A stretch of DNA of 64,000 nucleotides from Psilocybe cubensis (GCA_017499595.2 CM038998.1:2604001-2668000), one strand, 5' to 3'; positions 45,687 through 59,552 are shown, counted from the first letter of the stretch. Translations and numbers: made by a program. Notes: generated by a model not told the origin, from the letters alone.

Positions 45687-47914
45687 ATGACCGCCGTGAT
45701 GTCTGCCACAGACGCCCTTCGTAAGGATCGACATATGTCTCTCGACGACAACAATATCGGGTTCGTCTGCCCTCAGTCATAGCTATCCCTGCGCCTATTT
45801 GACTCTCATTCATTCATGAATAGGTTCTCATCGAACACGGATTGGCAAGAGAAGTACAATGAGGTCTGTTCTTTGCTTTGTTCATGCTACCGTCTCCGTC
45901 CTTAGCTCCTTCTCAGGTCTTGGATATGCTCGCAGAAACCCGAGCAGAGCTCGATGAATTCCACCAGGCTAGTAAAGAACTGGAAGCTGAACTGGAAAGC
46001 GAGCTTGCTCGGACGGAAAAGTCTCAGCAAGAACTCCAAACGAAAGTCTCAAAGGCAGAGCACGAGCGTGATGAATGGAAGGTATGTGAATGCTCAGGAA
46101 ATGCACTTCTCGTCTCTCCTATTGACTTCTTCCTTCCTAGGGCAAGTTCATTTCGCTTCAGACGACCCATAATACTATGACGACCTCACTTCAGCGGGAG
46201 CTGGACCAGTTACGACAAGAGCATCAGAAGACCAAAGTACATCTAAGGGAATTGGAAATGGGAAACGATGATTTGGAGCGAAATGAGCGCGCAGTCTCAT
46301 CAAGTTTGGCAGATATGGAGGCCAAATACTCCAAAGCATTGGAGGAAAAGATCCTTCTCGAACATGAGCTTTTGGAAAAGGCCACTGTTGAAGAAGACAT
46401 GCAACGTCTCAAGGATGAATTAAGAGGTAAATCTTTCAATCCCTTATGTCATTATGACTTTGTTATTCATTTATGGTCTAGACGCCAATGTCGAAATATC
46501 TATTCTAAGGGACCAGTTGAAAACCTATACATCAAGGCGCAGCTCATCGTCTTCCTTGGCTAGAACAGAAGAATCACGGCGTTCCGTTCTCTCGACAGAT
46601 GATCTGCTTAAAACAACGCCTCCATCTACCATCGACTTGAACGACGCGCCGCCAGCCTTTGATCCATCTGCCAACGTCCTTACAACTCCCAAAGCATCGT
46701 TATCTCGCCCTGCCGTACCGTCGCCCTTCATGCGAGCATCCCAGCAAGATAAACAGGAAAAACCCACTCCTTTGAGGAACTCTTCTAATATGATTCGATC
46801 AACCACCCTTCCTTCATTCTCATCCCCTTCTACCTCAAGCCCACGTACTTTAATCAAACCATCAACCTCACGCAACCCGACGACTTTGAGTACAACATCT
46901 TCCACCGGGTCTGTCGCGAAGAATAAAGGCGTTCAAATGGTGTCAGACATGCGGGCAAGAGTGCGTAATTTGGAACAAAAGATTCACACTCGGGTTCCTC
47001 GACTGCGTATGGCTAGCATAACTGGACGCTCAACGTTCACTCCAAGTGTAGCACCTCTCACCCCGGTAAACGGTACCAGTTCTTCTTCTTCACCCACCAA
47101 TGCCTCCACAGCGAAGACCAGCTTGGACTCTCAACGGAAATCAGAGTCACGACAAAGTAATGATAGTGGATCGGATATTTATTCCAAGAAAGATACTGGT
47201 GATTCTTCTGGTTGGGTTCTCATAATGGAAGATTCCCCATCCCCCCAGAAAGAAGCTAAGCGGCTGAAAGAAAAGCGTAGGATATCAAATCCAAGTGCAC
47301 CAACAGCATTCCGTCCTACTGCGTCTGCTATTCACCGCCCCACGTCACCTTCCCTCAGCACTGGACCAATGAATCCAATGGCTGCGAGCACGGGCCTACG
47401 GCGGCCGACTTCTAGATTATCAGGAGGAGGAGCATCTTCGTCAGCATCTTCAGCTTCCCGTCCACAAACACCAACATTCTTACCAATGCCTTCTAACAGT
47501 ACTTATGCACCTACTTCTTCTATGAAACGGTCTACAGGTCCAGGTGCATCAGGTGCTTACAACCAGTTGAAACGTTCCTCGCTTGGGAAAGCCCCGCCAG
47601 CCCCCGTTCCACCACTTCCTAGGGCAGTGCGTGAACGACCAGTAACTCTAACAGGATATCCAGGTGCCATCCCTCGCGCCGCATCTCCAGAGGTGTCAAA
47701 GGCGCTTCCTAGCCTTCCGGATGAGTTGATATCAAATGTGACCATTCGACCCAGTTCGCGAGTCCCAGCTCCAACTTCTTCTACCTCGCTCCTCTCCAAA
47801 AGTCGGATTGGACGGCCAAGCGGTGGTTTCAGCGGGCGCAAGAGTGGGGGAGGAGAAACCAGCAGTTCCACCGCTGCTCTAGATATCAAAGATCTTGAAA
47901 GACCGCGCTCATAG
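45687..47914 (+). CDS. nudE: Nuclear distribution protein NudE/NDE1 homolog
   Basis: LAETRAELDEFHQASKELEAELESEL, LRELEMGNDDLERNER, LEEKILLEHEL, QRLKDELRDANVE, MVSDMRARVRNLEQKI, Ser/Pro-rich tail. Confidence 0.9.
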
Positions 47915-48270
47915 TCGATACCTACTACTGACCCCATATCTTGCCCTGGTAAGATTTTGAATACCTTCTTCCCTCAGACATGATCTGCGATTTGGATATG
48001 AAGTGGAAGGCTTTATTAGTTATATCACCGCACTACATCGATGCGCATCACACTCCCTAGTACAGTCATATTTTTCTCCTCTCTGATATTTTTCAACCTA
48101 TATATTCACAATCCCTTGTTTATCTTAATGTTGGAAAGCAACCCATATGTATATGACATCGTATTGAATTTTTGTATTATCTTAAAAGGTGTTGTAGTAA
48201 GAAAGTCCCACGCCAATATATGTAGACACTGACTCAACAAATCACGCATCCATTCCTAGAAAGCACCATC

Positions 48271-49914
48271 ATGTCCTCCTCCGCCCCAACGCAAACCGGC
48301 TCGTCTTCGGAGCCACAACGATCTCTCAATCGACAAATAGTCCTTGAAGAAGAAGAGTACACAGAAGCGCTATCCAAAATCATTGCTAGAGACTTTTTCC
48401 CGTCATTGGCACACCTAGATGCCACGAACGGATATCTCGATGCTCTGGAGACTCGCGACCCGCATCTAATCAATGCCTCGGTACGGCGGCTGGAGGATAT
48501 TAGCTTTACGCCTCGTACATCGACGCGCGGATGGACCCCGGCGCGAACTCCCTCACAGACCCCATACGGCGCGAGCGCAGAGACACCGCTGCGGTCTGTG
48601 CGCGGTGAGCCAGCGCAGAAGCGCGCGCGGTACGATACCAACATGAGCCTAGACGACTTTCAAGCGCGGTACACCTCCGAGGATAACTCCAGCTTCACAC
48701 AGATTCTTGATGAGGAGAATCGGGTGCGCAAGGAGAAATGGGCGTGGGCATGGAATGCACAAAAACGGGTTGAGGACCAGCAGGCGAAGATGATTGAGAA
48801 CAGGGAGGCACTGTTACTTGAGCCATCTACAGTTCCCGGAGTGCGAGAGAAGTTCACCATTGAGGCACCGAAACCAATAGGGCTGCTAACTGGGGCAGAA
48901 GACAGTTCTATAAAGGAAGGGGAGCGCCAACGGACTGAGTCAATGGTCGTTGTTCGCTCGAAGGAAACATCTGGAGACACCCCCCTTGATGTCATGGCGC
49001 CCCAAAAAGACAAGCGAGTCGCAGGTGTTGACGGATGGAAGTTCAAGGTATGTGCAGTATTCTCAATTCCGTCGAAGTCAATTGCCCAAACATGGTTCAT
49101 AGGCACGAAACTCTCTCATGTTCTCACCGGACGCCGATACCACACCGTACGATCCCAAGCCGACTGCCGATAGCAGCGGTGACAGTGCCAAAGCTGTGAA
49201 CTACGCAAGCACGCGACTATTTGAACAAGAGCACGAAGCGGGAGAATCACGGCCGCTGTCAGAACCCCCGAGCCCCACCAGAAGTCGTATCAATGCTGCA
49301 ATCACTGGTACACCATGTAGATGTTATTTTTTGCTCTAGTGCTATTCCTCTTCTGACTCTTTTGCGTGATAGACCACCCCAGTTCATCTAAGGATATGGG
49401 CTTCTCCCTTGTTCCAAACCTTCCATCGCCTACACCAGCTGAACTTGGCCCGACTGCTTTGAAACAACTCATGACATGGGGTACTCTCAATTCGACACCT
49501 AGAATAATCAGTCAGCCAGATGAACCAACCAACTTACGGACACCATTTCACATTCCTGACATTTCATCCAGAGAAGCCATTTCTCATAAATTGTCGGATA
49601 GAGCATCGAAAAGCTTGCGAATGAAAGCTGAAAAGTTAAATTCTTCAGCCCGTACGCCAAGCACCGTCAAATCCTCAGTTCTGGGAAAGAAGGGAAGTAT
49701 GGCTCCGCCTTCATGGACGCCTAGACGGGCAGAAGCTGCCGGAAGCTTGACGCCGGCCGCTCGTCGGTTGTTGCAGAGGACTGCGACTGGTACAGCAGCC
49801 AGTAGGAGGGCGGAAGTCATGGAACGAGAAGCTGGATGGGATACAGGGTCCAAAGAGAGAGATCTCGCCCGCATAAGGTGGACACCAACCCCTACGTCAA
49901 CAGTTCGACGGTGA
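48271..49914 (+). CDS. ESS2: Splicing factor ESS2/DGCR14 (Es2 family)
   Basis: VLEEEEYTEALSKIIARDFFPSL, MSLDDFQARYTSEDNSSF, GWKFK|ARNSLMF, LMTWG, PFHIPDISSRE, LTPAARRL. Confidence 0.9.
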
Positions 49915-49989
49915 TCACAAGGGTTGAGTTACGCTACTGTAATTCGATTGTATAGTATTGCACAATGGTTACAGTGTTATAAAATCTTG

Positions 49990-50926
49990 TTATGAATCCT
50001 CAGTGACCTTCCTCCGTTTTGCATTCGGCTGCAAATCGTCGTCGCTGTCCTGTTTCTTAGCAGGCTGTGATTTTTCAGGAGCAGATTCAGTTGGTACTGC
50101 AGGTTTGGCCTTTTTCTTGACCACGACACCTTTCAAGCCTCTCTTGGCATCCTTCTTAGGTAAAGTGGCCTTGGGTTTTACCGCTGTTGTTGCGGCCGAT
50201 GTAGAGGCGTTCCCAGAAAGACTTGAAATTGTTGGAGGTTGATTCACGGAACTTGTTCGAGCTGCAACTGCCCTGTTGGACCATCATAGATCAGGTAATC
50301 TGCTGGGTACGCAAAACCACACAAGAAAACGCACTCCTTGAAATTCCTTACTTCTTCTCCATCTTTTTCCTTACGTTGCCGCTCTTCTTCTTCTTGCCGC
50401 TCTCTGATCGAGTCCAGGAACATAATTTCATCCTCTTCCAGCGCACGGAATTGATTGGCTAGAAGATAGAAAATAATGAGCGGTGTGAGGCAAGAAAACA
50501 GCTAGATACTGACCCAGCTTGGTCTTCTCCTCCCATTCTTCTTGTTTTGCTATCTGGAAGGATAGTGGAGTGAGGGAGCATCAGGCAGATGAACAAGACT
50601 GACCCTGTTAGCAGCGAGTTTCTATGCGTTATATCGAAACCAACAGCGGAAAGTGAATACGACAGAAACGGACAGGGAAGAACATGCTCACTTCTGCAAG
50701 AGATCTGCCGTCATAAACCTCTTCCTGTTGTTGGGGAGGAGGTTCTTGGCCGAGTCTAGAAAGCTGATGGGTGGGTGCGGAGAGATGAGAAGAAAAGGAC
50801 AGACCTGGCGTAGGCAGCCTTCCATTGCTCCTCTCTGCGCTGTTTTGCGGTCTCTACCTCGTCCTGGGTGATGAAACGCGAGCCGACGACGCCTTCGGAG
50901 AGGGAAGGGATTAGTGACTGATCCAT
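49990..50926 (-). CDS. FAM192A/PSME3IP1/Fyv6-family protein
   Basis: Spliced translation SRFITQDEVETAKQRREEQWKAAYAR|LGQEPPPQQEEVYDGRSLAE|KLAANR|IAKQEEWEEKTKL|ANQFRALEEDEIMFLDSI…; LKGVVVKKK. Confidence 0.85.
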
Positions 50927-51022
50927 TGTGGTGGTAGTTTGTGTCGAAAATAAGATTGCCTTTTGGGTGTGGTGACAATTATGATGGATTTCTTGGCAGG
51001 ACGCCCCGCTGTCTCTCTCTTC

Positions 51023-52486
51023 ATGTCCACATCCTCCCGCATTCCCCCTCCCTCACTGCCCTCCACAACTAGCCTCAACCACAATACTAGTCTCCGCAGC
51101 TTCCACAGGCCCCCGCCGCCCATCACAACCGTAGTCACTTCTCCCCGTGCGCTTTTCTCTCTTCTCTGTTCACCTGCCGTAGCTCATCACCATCTAGCAT
51201 GGGCTCGCGATGAACCCCCGTCTCCGAAGGAGGTACCCTCAGACACCCAGGGCGCCCAAAACCACACAGAGTCCCATGCTCATGTCTCTGATACTGCCTC
51301 CTTTCAGTCCGGTCCCGCAGAGGGCACCTCCAGATGGTGGACATTCACCCTTCCTCGCACCCGCCAAGAGGCCTTCAACCTGCTGCCTCCGCCCCCAAGG
51401 CTCGACCGGAAGAGTTTCCGCGACATATCCTTGTCGTGGATGCCTGCCTCTGCAACCCAGCGAGAGGGGTCTACGTTCCTGCGGAAGGACAAAGAGAAAG
51501 AGAAGGAGCACGCGACCGAGCCCATGTCTATCTCTATGCCACCTCCTTCCATGCCATATACAATGGCTCATGCAAATACCCCTGGCTGGGACACTCCCTG
51601 GTCAGCCAGGGCCGCTGCACAGGGTCCTTCGCGTCGTTCGCGAGATGATGCATCGAGTGACTACGAAGAGGACGAACATTCAGACACTTCCCCTAAAGAC
51701 CTCAAAGGATGGGCTCTACGAAGAAAACGTATACGCTCATTTATTCTAGTAAACACCTATGTCCCATTAGTGCGCGATTCATTTTTTTATCAAGTCGTTC
51801 TAACTGTTCTAATCTTCGCTTTCAGCTCTTTAGATTTATCAATATTGCATTCACAACCGCCGCACTTGGGATGGCTATTCAAATCAGAAAGATCGAATTC
51901 AACCACAGTGCAGCAGGCGCTGTTGGCAGTTCCCCGTAAGCCAACTTATCAAGTCTCTTTCGCCTACAGCTGTTGCTCACCACTTTGACTTTTTTAGTAC
52001 GGTGGTGATCATCTTTGCTCCACTGACGCTTATTCATGTCATGGCAGCTATTTATGTATGCCTCTCTCCCCTGTCTTCTCGATCAAGCCTTAATAAACCT
52101 TATCACCGCAGCTTGAATACTTTGGTCGACCATTGGGTCTGTGGAGGACGTCTGCCAAACTTGCCCATACATTATCTGAGGTCCTCTTCATCTGCGCCTG
52201 GTCTGCTGCCTTATCACTATGTTTCGATAACTTCTTTACTTCCCTTATCCCATGTGCCTCAGAATCAGCGACGTCTTGGTACAATCAGTTACCTCGGCCC
52301 CCGGAAGACGTTCCAGGCTTTGACGGCAGCTTAGGTGATCAGATATGTGGCAGACAGCTCTCATTGATCTGCCTCGTCGGTGTTGGTCTCATCGCTTACT
52401 GCACAAACCTTGTAATAAGTCTCTATCGAGTATTCGAGAAGGTCAAGTATCATCCGGCACATCCTGCTGGTCTACGACGGACATAA
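51023..52486 (+). CDS. Multi-pass membrane protein, Srf1-like (phospholipase D regulator)
   Basis: Disordered N-terminus, then NTYVPL|LFRFINIAFTTAALGMA, EYFGRPLGL, EVLFICAWSAALSLCFD, QICGRQLSL. The family is recognised from memory and the start is uncertain. Confidence 0.6.
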
Positions 52487-53021
52487 CGTTTACCGATTCT
52501 TCTCCATGGACTCTTCCAACATCATAAATCACACTCATTCATACAACAATTTCTCTCCACACTTAACAAGCTTTTTTTTCTGACTGTACAACAGACATTC
52601 CATCCTCCCATTTTTCTACATTTCTATTGGATTTAACAGAAACACCCTTCCAGCAACTTGTAAAAACCATTCATACACTTCTTCTTTCTGTAGATGTACA
52701 TATTCTTATTTGATATATCGCGCTTGCCTATTTGCGCAGGGTACACTTACTAGGTACTCATTGTACATACTACACGACTTATTTCTACTTCTCGAAACTA
52801 CTTTACAGTATTCCTTTCCTAGTTATATGCAATCTACATACAACATATATTTTCCCACGCACTCTTAAAAACAACTTCACCATTGCGCGATTGCTTTAAA
52901 TAGGTATCTGCCTCTTCTGATAACTATACTTTCAAATCTCGTTCGAGTCATAGGTAAGAGCTCACTCACCCGCTATCGGTCTATTTCATGCTAATACCTG
53001 CTATTGGTACAGTCTATTCAA

Positions 53022-53811
53022 ATGGTTAGTAATTGTCGTTGCTTTGCGATCGCCTTTCTATCGCTGGGGAAACTATTTGAACAATGTTTTTCCAGCCTAA
53101 AGCTTCCAAAATACGTACTAGCAAACATCATGCATCGGTCAAACTTCCACAAGTTGCAAGTAAAGACGCCAACCAAGATTTACCCTCTTTCGAATCCATA
53201 CGCCCAACTGAGGCTGAGGTTACAGCCAGCGAAGGCCGGCAACTGGTGATTCAACAGAGTAAAAAAGCGAAGCAGATGGAAAAACGCGAGGCATTCTTGC
53301 AAAGTTTGTCACCTTGTCTAAACCTCAATGGTACATTGAAAGTTAATCATACGGATCTGGTTCCCGCCGGAAGAATTGGAACCGAGCACGAAACAGGCTT
53401 CAAAATCTCATGAAAGACGACTGAAACGAAAAGCAAAAGAGCAACTTGTTGCAGGGCTGAATGAACTACAATCAGCCCTTGCCTCGCTGGAAGAAGAGAG
53501 TGGACGGGAGGAAGTCCAATCGACAAATGCTGATACTTTGCATGCTGAAAAAACTTCGAAGCCGGCTGTGAAACCTGGCATTATTGGAAAGAGTGGCTCT
53601 TCTACCCTCTCTAGAGCTCAGAGAAAAAGAGTACTGTGAGTCCCATTTACCCCTCTATTGTGCACCTCTGAAGCTCATGGTATAAATTAGAGAATTAGAA
53701 CGCCTGCGGCATCCACTGATATTAAGCAATTCATCCTACTCCTCAAATCCTTTTCAGACAATACGTACACACGCTCAGAACACTCTGTTAACTCATAGCA
53801 GTGAAAAATAG
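53022..53811 (+). CDS. SLX9: Ribosome biogenesis protein Slx9/FAM207A-like
   Basis: ATG|GTTAGT intron, then PKASKIR…, SKKAKQMEKREAFL, SKSHERRLKRK, QRKRVL|ELERLRHPLILSNSSYSSNPFQTIRTHAQNTL. Confidence 0.75.
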
Positions 53812-54064
53812 CAAGGTGCTTGTTAAAAGTTTTTTTAATTTATTGTTGCATGTGCATCCAGTGCTATTAGGGTTTTATACAATCAATCGTTTCAAGTATA
53901 ATACTACAGGAACACAAAAAATAATATATCCAGCCTGGTACGGGTATAACATTAATTGACCTATCCTTCTAATTGAGCGCATGCATAACAAACAGTTTCT
54001 ACTTCCCTGGGTGCTGTGGTACATAATGTATGTCCTGCAATAAATGTCATTTCCCATTAATATA

Positions 54065-56490
54065 TCAGTCGTCACCGGCGCTCATTCCAGCACTCCAAAC
54101 GGTACTGCCGCTGCTACCTGCGCTCTTCCTGCCTCTCCTACTTGCGCGAGGTACAATCTCGGTGAAGCCACCACCCGAACCCTTGGCAATTTCTACGCTG
54201 AGATCACGTTCGCGCGCATCCAAGGCCGCTAAAGAATTTTCTGCCTGTACATGCTCAAGAGCTTCTTCAGTTAAGCCCGATTGGCCACGGCTGAATTGAC
54301 CTAGTGAAGATGATGTTGAATGAATAGACGCTGATTCAGAAGTTTCCACCGGAGTTCTCGAACCAAAGAGAGAGAACCGGCGGTTATTTTTGGGCGTAGG
54401 ATTTGCGGCTGCAGGTGCAGGTGCAGAAAATGCCCTTTCTATAAATGAAGGGGTTGGTGAATTCATGGGTGATTGTATTTGAGGTTGGTAACCCATCAGC
54501 TTCATCGTAGCATTGAGTCTTTCTCGCTCCTTTCGGTCTTCTTCATCTTCGATGTTATCCAGCTTCCGCGCTCCCGTCATGGAAGTTGAACCTGGTGTTA
54601 ATTTTAGTGGTCTTAAATTTGAAGGTGGCTCAGGCTTCTTCTCTCCACCGAACAGTGTTGACCAATCGATAGAGAGAGACCTCCTCTTGGCCTTGGGGTC
54701 GGGTGCAGATATCTTTGGTGAAGCATTCTTTATATCAGCATTTGGGTTGGACGAAGATCGTCCAACGATAACGGACTGTGGTCTTTGCTTAGATATGCTC
54801 TGTCCGAAGGGCAATTTAGAGGAGTTGGAATTGGGTATTGCTGTCGCTGGAGTTTGGGGTTCTTTGTCGTAGTCGACTGCCAGAACGTGCTCGAAGCCTT
54901 CTTGCGAAATGATACGGTCAATGATTTTGGATGCATAGAGTGAAAGAGCCTTGTTGGCGTCTTTGAGCGACTTGACTTCGGTGCGAAGAGCATCAATATC
55001 CGCAGTCGAAGTATTTGAATCGACGCCAGCACTTTCGGATATTCCGAGTCTTGATCCATCGGAACCTTTCTTGCTGCGTTTGCCCTTATGTGGGCGGTCG
55101 CGATCCTCTATGGGATTGCCTGCCAGAATGTCCTTATTTTCTGCCCTTCCAAGTTCTGCAGCGAGGTCAAGACCAGGTCCTGTGATAGGAAGATTGGCAA
55201 GCGATTCCCCGCGACCACCATGAGAGGATAATGTGCGTTTCCGGTCTGGTCTGGAATGACGAGAAATACGCGACAGCTGAGATTCATCTGGATCCGAGAC
55301 GTGTCCAGGCAGCTCGGATTCCATAATATCCAACGAATCTTCTTCTTCGACCCTGTCCAATTGACTTCGTCCATGGCTGCGCATGCTGCTAGTGGTATCG
55401 TCCAAATCTCCATCGTCAGACGCTTCATCATCGGTACTGGTGGTACCTCCAACCTGTCGCATAAGATCAAATTGCCCATTGAGCGTCTTCTCTCTGAGAA
55501 GAATCATGTAACTCTCGTTCTCCTCCTGGAGTTCCTGATTAACTCGCTTGAGATCAACTAACTGGGTTTGCATCAGAATCAGTGTGCTCTGCAATGAAGA
55601 ATACGAAGTAGAAAGGGTTGAAAGTTCGAGTTTGAGTGAAGTCATTTCTGCAGGCTCGTTCTCAGGATCGTTTAAGTCTGTTTCTTGTCGAGTCGACTCG
55701 GGCTTGGTTTGTTTAATCAACGAAATTGAAGGCTCGTTTTCTTCCTTCTCATCCTCAGTCTCTGGATCCACATGGGTTGTCAAGGTCTCGGCACGTTTAC
55801 GCGCTTCCGTTAAGGACTGAATACGAGATTTAAGGTGCTGTTCATTGTCGTAAAAGGCTTGTCGCTCAGCCTCAAAAGTTTCCGTCTGCAAGCATATGAA
55901 TATAGGAAAAATATCCTAGTAATAACATCCTGACCTGTTCATTGTACCTGCGCTGCAAGTCGCGTTTCTCCTTCTCTAATTCCCGTACTTGATCTCTAAG
56001 CTTCTCTGATATATCTATGCGTTGAGCCAATTCGGCTTCCCAGCGTGATTGTTCTGCATACAATTCGTTGAGTCTGGTTTCAGCGCTGTTCAGGGCAAAC
56101 GTGAGGTTGTTATTCTCGGTGGCATAGTTGGACAGCAACTGTTCTTTCTCTTGGACCTGGACAAGAAGCTGACAGTAACAAGGTGTAGATTAAGTTCGAA
56201 GGACTAAAAAGCATTTAATATAAGCCACGCACCAGTTCTTTTTGATCAGTTTCCTGTTTGAGAGATGCTGCTAGGACCTCGGGTGTATCACCGTTACCGA
56301 CAGCAGAAGGTGAAGGACTCTTTGATATAGTATGGCGCCTAGCATTGACGCCGTTCAGAGTCGAGAGTCGAGGCGATGCAGCTGACCGTGCTGTAGCACC
56401 TCTTTGCAGCGTTGACGGAGTAGGTGAAGGAGAAGAGGCAGGAGCTCTTCTCGAAGGCGGCGGATTTGTTTTGGACGAAGTAGTTGCCAT
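54065..56490 (-). CDS. Conserved fungal coiled-coil protein with FIP-RBD-like motif
   Basis: Long heptad segments (LRDQVRELEKEKRDLQRRYNEQ; LKRVNQELQEENESYMILL), DLAAELGRA, and SLKDANKALSLYASKIIDRII. ORFs 56215-56490, 55872-56138 and 54065-55891. Confidence 0.75.
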
Positions 56491-56710
56491 GTCGTGTCAA
56501 GTAAAGGTCGTAACTTATCGTAAGTATACAAGTCAAGGTCGTTAAATGGATATATTCTTGTCAAAAGATGAGGAGACCCAAGTCAGGAAACGAAGGTGAG
56601 GGTGGTAGTCACTGCGCGCGATGATTGACAACGATCGTTTGATTTAGGCACAAGTCATGCACAAATAAGCATCTATGTTTCTTCCATCTTTACCATGGAC
56701 CCATAGCTAC

Positions 56711-57753
56711 ATGGAACAACATTTATCATCCACGGCTTCATCGGAGCAAATGCTTCTTGAAATTCAATCCGAATCCATCCAAAAGGTAAAATCTTCTTGT
56801 CAACCTTCCAACGAATGCACTCACTCAACATTATAGCTCCTGACTACCGTTCGACAAAAAAGTGAGAAAGGATATCACTCTTTACACTCTTATATCTTAC
56901 TTTGAAGGTAGCCAATCCTTCTGCTGCAACCGCCATACCTGTATTGGACTTGTTTTTGGCTACCCTCTCGTCGTCTACAGCAAACCAAGTGTTCGTTGAG
57001 AAACCTCCAGGAAATTCCATCGTCATTCGAGGCCCGCCCGGATGCGGCAAGACACATCTCTTGTACTTCTTGTTGGCAACATGTGTGCTACCTATGAATC
57101 CTCTTTCACAAAGCATTGGTGGATGGAGTAAGGCTGCTTTTGTCATGGATCTCGATGGGCACTTCCACATGTCCCGATTCCACGACGTATTAGTCGATCG
57201 ATTGCGTCTGTCTGTGCCAGGTCCTTCTATTCCAGCGATTGTTGATCGATGCTTGAAACTAGTGCATATATTCCGTCCGGCTTCACTTTCCCAACTCGCT
57301 GTGACTTTAAAACACCTCGCTAAGTACCACGCCCAGAAGTTTCCTTCGTTTGAAATGGGAATGATAGCTGTACATTCGATCGACGCATCTCACTGGTTGG
57401 AACGATTCAAGGTCGAGCAGATGCGATTCTTTACAGGAATGGCAAAATCACCTTCCGATGATGTATTCAGAGTACTGCAAGATCTTCGAATGTCGTATCG
57501 CTTAACTACAGTGGTAACCTATGGGGACATCTTGCACCAGTACATTAGTGCCTCTGATTATCGACAGCCAGTACCCGGCTCAACCCGTCTTGATCTTATA
57601 CCTGTATCCACAACCGATATCACAATAACCCCGTCTTCAAGTACATTTGATCATCAATTAAGAAAAACCCAATGGTGCGCAGAAGCATTTGGCGATCCTC
57701 AAAGTATAATCTTTTCTTCTGTAATACACAAAGGGGGAATTGCTGTATCGTGA
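56711..57753 (+). CDS. RAD51 paralog, XRCC2-like
   Basis: Walker A IRGPPGCGKTHLLY, IGGWSKAAFVMDLDGHF, CLKLVHIFRPASLSQL. Two short 5' exons start at ATG 56711. Confidence 0.75.
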
Positions 57754-57901
57754 TTAGAAAGGTTGTTCGTAAAAGCCGTCTTCCTCTATAATTTACAAGT
57801 GTTTCATGTACATGATATGATACAGCAACACAATGACCATGGGTATCGGGTTCAATGAGTCGTAATCTAGTAAAAATGTCTGTGTCGGAATAGACAAAGG
57901 T

Positions 57902-59552
57902 TTATGTTTCATGGGCTCCTGTAATTGCAATAGTTTCTTCCTGATTCTCCGCGTCCTCAAAGCCAATGGCGACGAAACTACACAAAACCAAAAGTGCACC
58001 AAAAATGACTTGGAATTTGGACGGTTTCAGCAGTAGGAAATCACCCAAGACTGCAACTGGAATGGTTAGACTGAGGCCAATTGTAACGACCAAAGGTGTT
58101 GTTTTGAGCATCGCAAGAACGTAGATGTAGTCGCTTGAAAGAGTGATTGCCATCTAGAAAACATCAGCAAGGTGAATTCGAGATAATTCGGATCGCGAAC
58201 GAACATTGACCAACATGGTCGACAGGATCTTCCTACTTGGAGGGAGCTCGAAAATCTCGGCACCGGTCAAATGCAAAATGACACCGAGAGGGAAGCAAAC
58301 GATGATGTTGAATAGACCCACAAATCCAAAGAATAATTGCATATTGATCCTTGATTCCGATTTGATTCGCACTTTTAGGAGGATGACGTACATCGCATAA
58401 AACATCGCCGATAGCAGGGCTAATGCATCGCCAAAAAATGCAACCGAATTTACGCGACTGTTGAAGGAAGATTCAGGGCCAATAGATTGTGTTGGCACAC
58501 TGTCCGAAATCGAAACAAGTATTACACCCGTAAAACTGGAAGAAATTGATGATCAATCGAAAAGCATACTAATAGGTTAAAGAATTATTTACCTTATGAT
58601 GACAGCGCCAATTTTGACCAAACTCAAAGTCTCAACTCGAAATAAGCGCCCAATGGCAAGGGTGAAAAACCCTTAGATTCATGTGGGCCTCAGAACAATA
58701 TACTCAGGTACTGTTCAGACGCACCACTCATACTAGACAAAATTGTCGCGCTGGCCACACTTGTGTAGCCAAGAGAGGCATTAACAGACCAGTTTGCAGC
58801 AAACCAAATTAGGCAAAACGTAAAAGCAAGACTGGCTGTTTGCTTGTCGGTCAAAGGTGGAAGGGGTTGAAAGGCCATCCTACTTTCGGGAGAGTACCCG
58901 TACTGCGACGAATAAACTGGGTCAACTCGCAATACGCGAACTGTTCTATAGATTTTACCTCTATAGGTTCGTCGTCAACTAACGGCTGATATTCATCAAT
59001 GGACCTAATTCATCTTGTTAGCATATCCCTGAAGACTTATCGATATGGAGTTTACCTATCGACCGCGGGTATTCTGCTCTTGTCGTTGCCACTTTTTGAC
59101 CACCATCTGCGGATAAGGAGTGGTATCAAATAAAGTGCGAATGAACTTGTGTTCATATAGGTCACACTGAATAAATCATCAATCGATACCATCTATAGGC
59201 AGTAAAAAGAATGGCGAAGCATACAGAAATGGTTTATTGTATCCGATTTCGTACAGATCCTAAATAAACGCGTTTAAGCTTAAAAACACTCGATGACAGA
59301 TAGAGTACATACTTGAGTTATGAAGTTAGAAAATGTCCATAGGAGAACCACAAAAATAAGCAAGACAATCCCAATGAAATAATTATTGCGGCTGTGGGGT
59401 ATAGGCGATGGTGAGAGCACCCGACTCCGAGAACGAGCGCGCTGGACGGTATCCATCTCTATAATATCTCCCGGGGTCTCGTAGGTGATGGGTGTATTGG
59501 AGAGGTTTGAGCATGGACGAGGGGAAGCAGCCCTTGTGTGCGATGGCGACAT
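57902..59552 (-). CDS. EamA/DMT-superfamily transporter (SLC35F5 / yeast YML018C-like)
   Basis: GIVLLIFVVLLWTFSNFITQ, KPF..TYMNTSSF, FCLIWFAANWSVNASLGYTSVASATILSSMSG, GDALALLSAMFYAMY, FFGFVGLFN, TTPLVVTIGLSLTIP. Confidence 0.88.
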
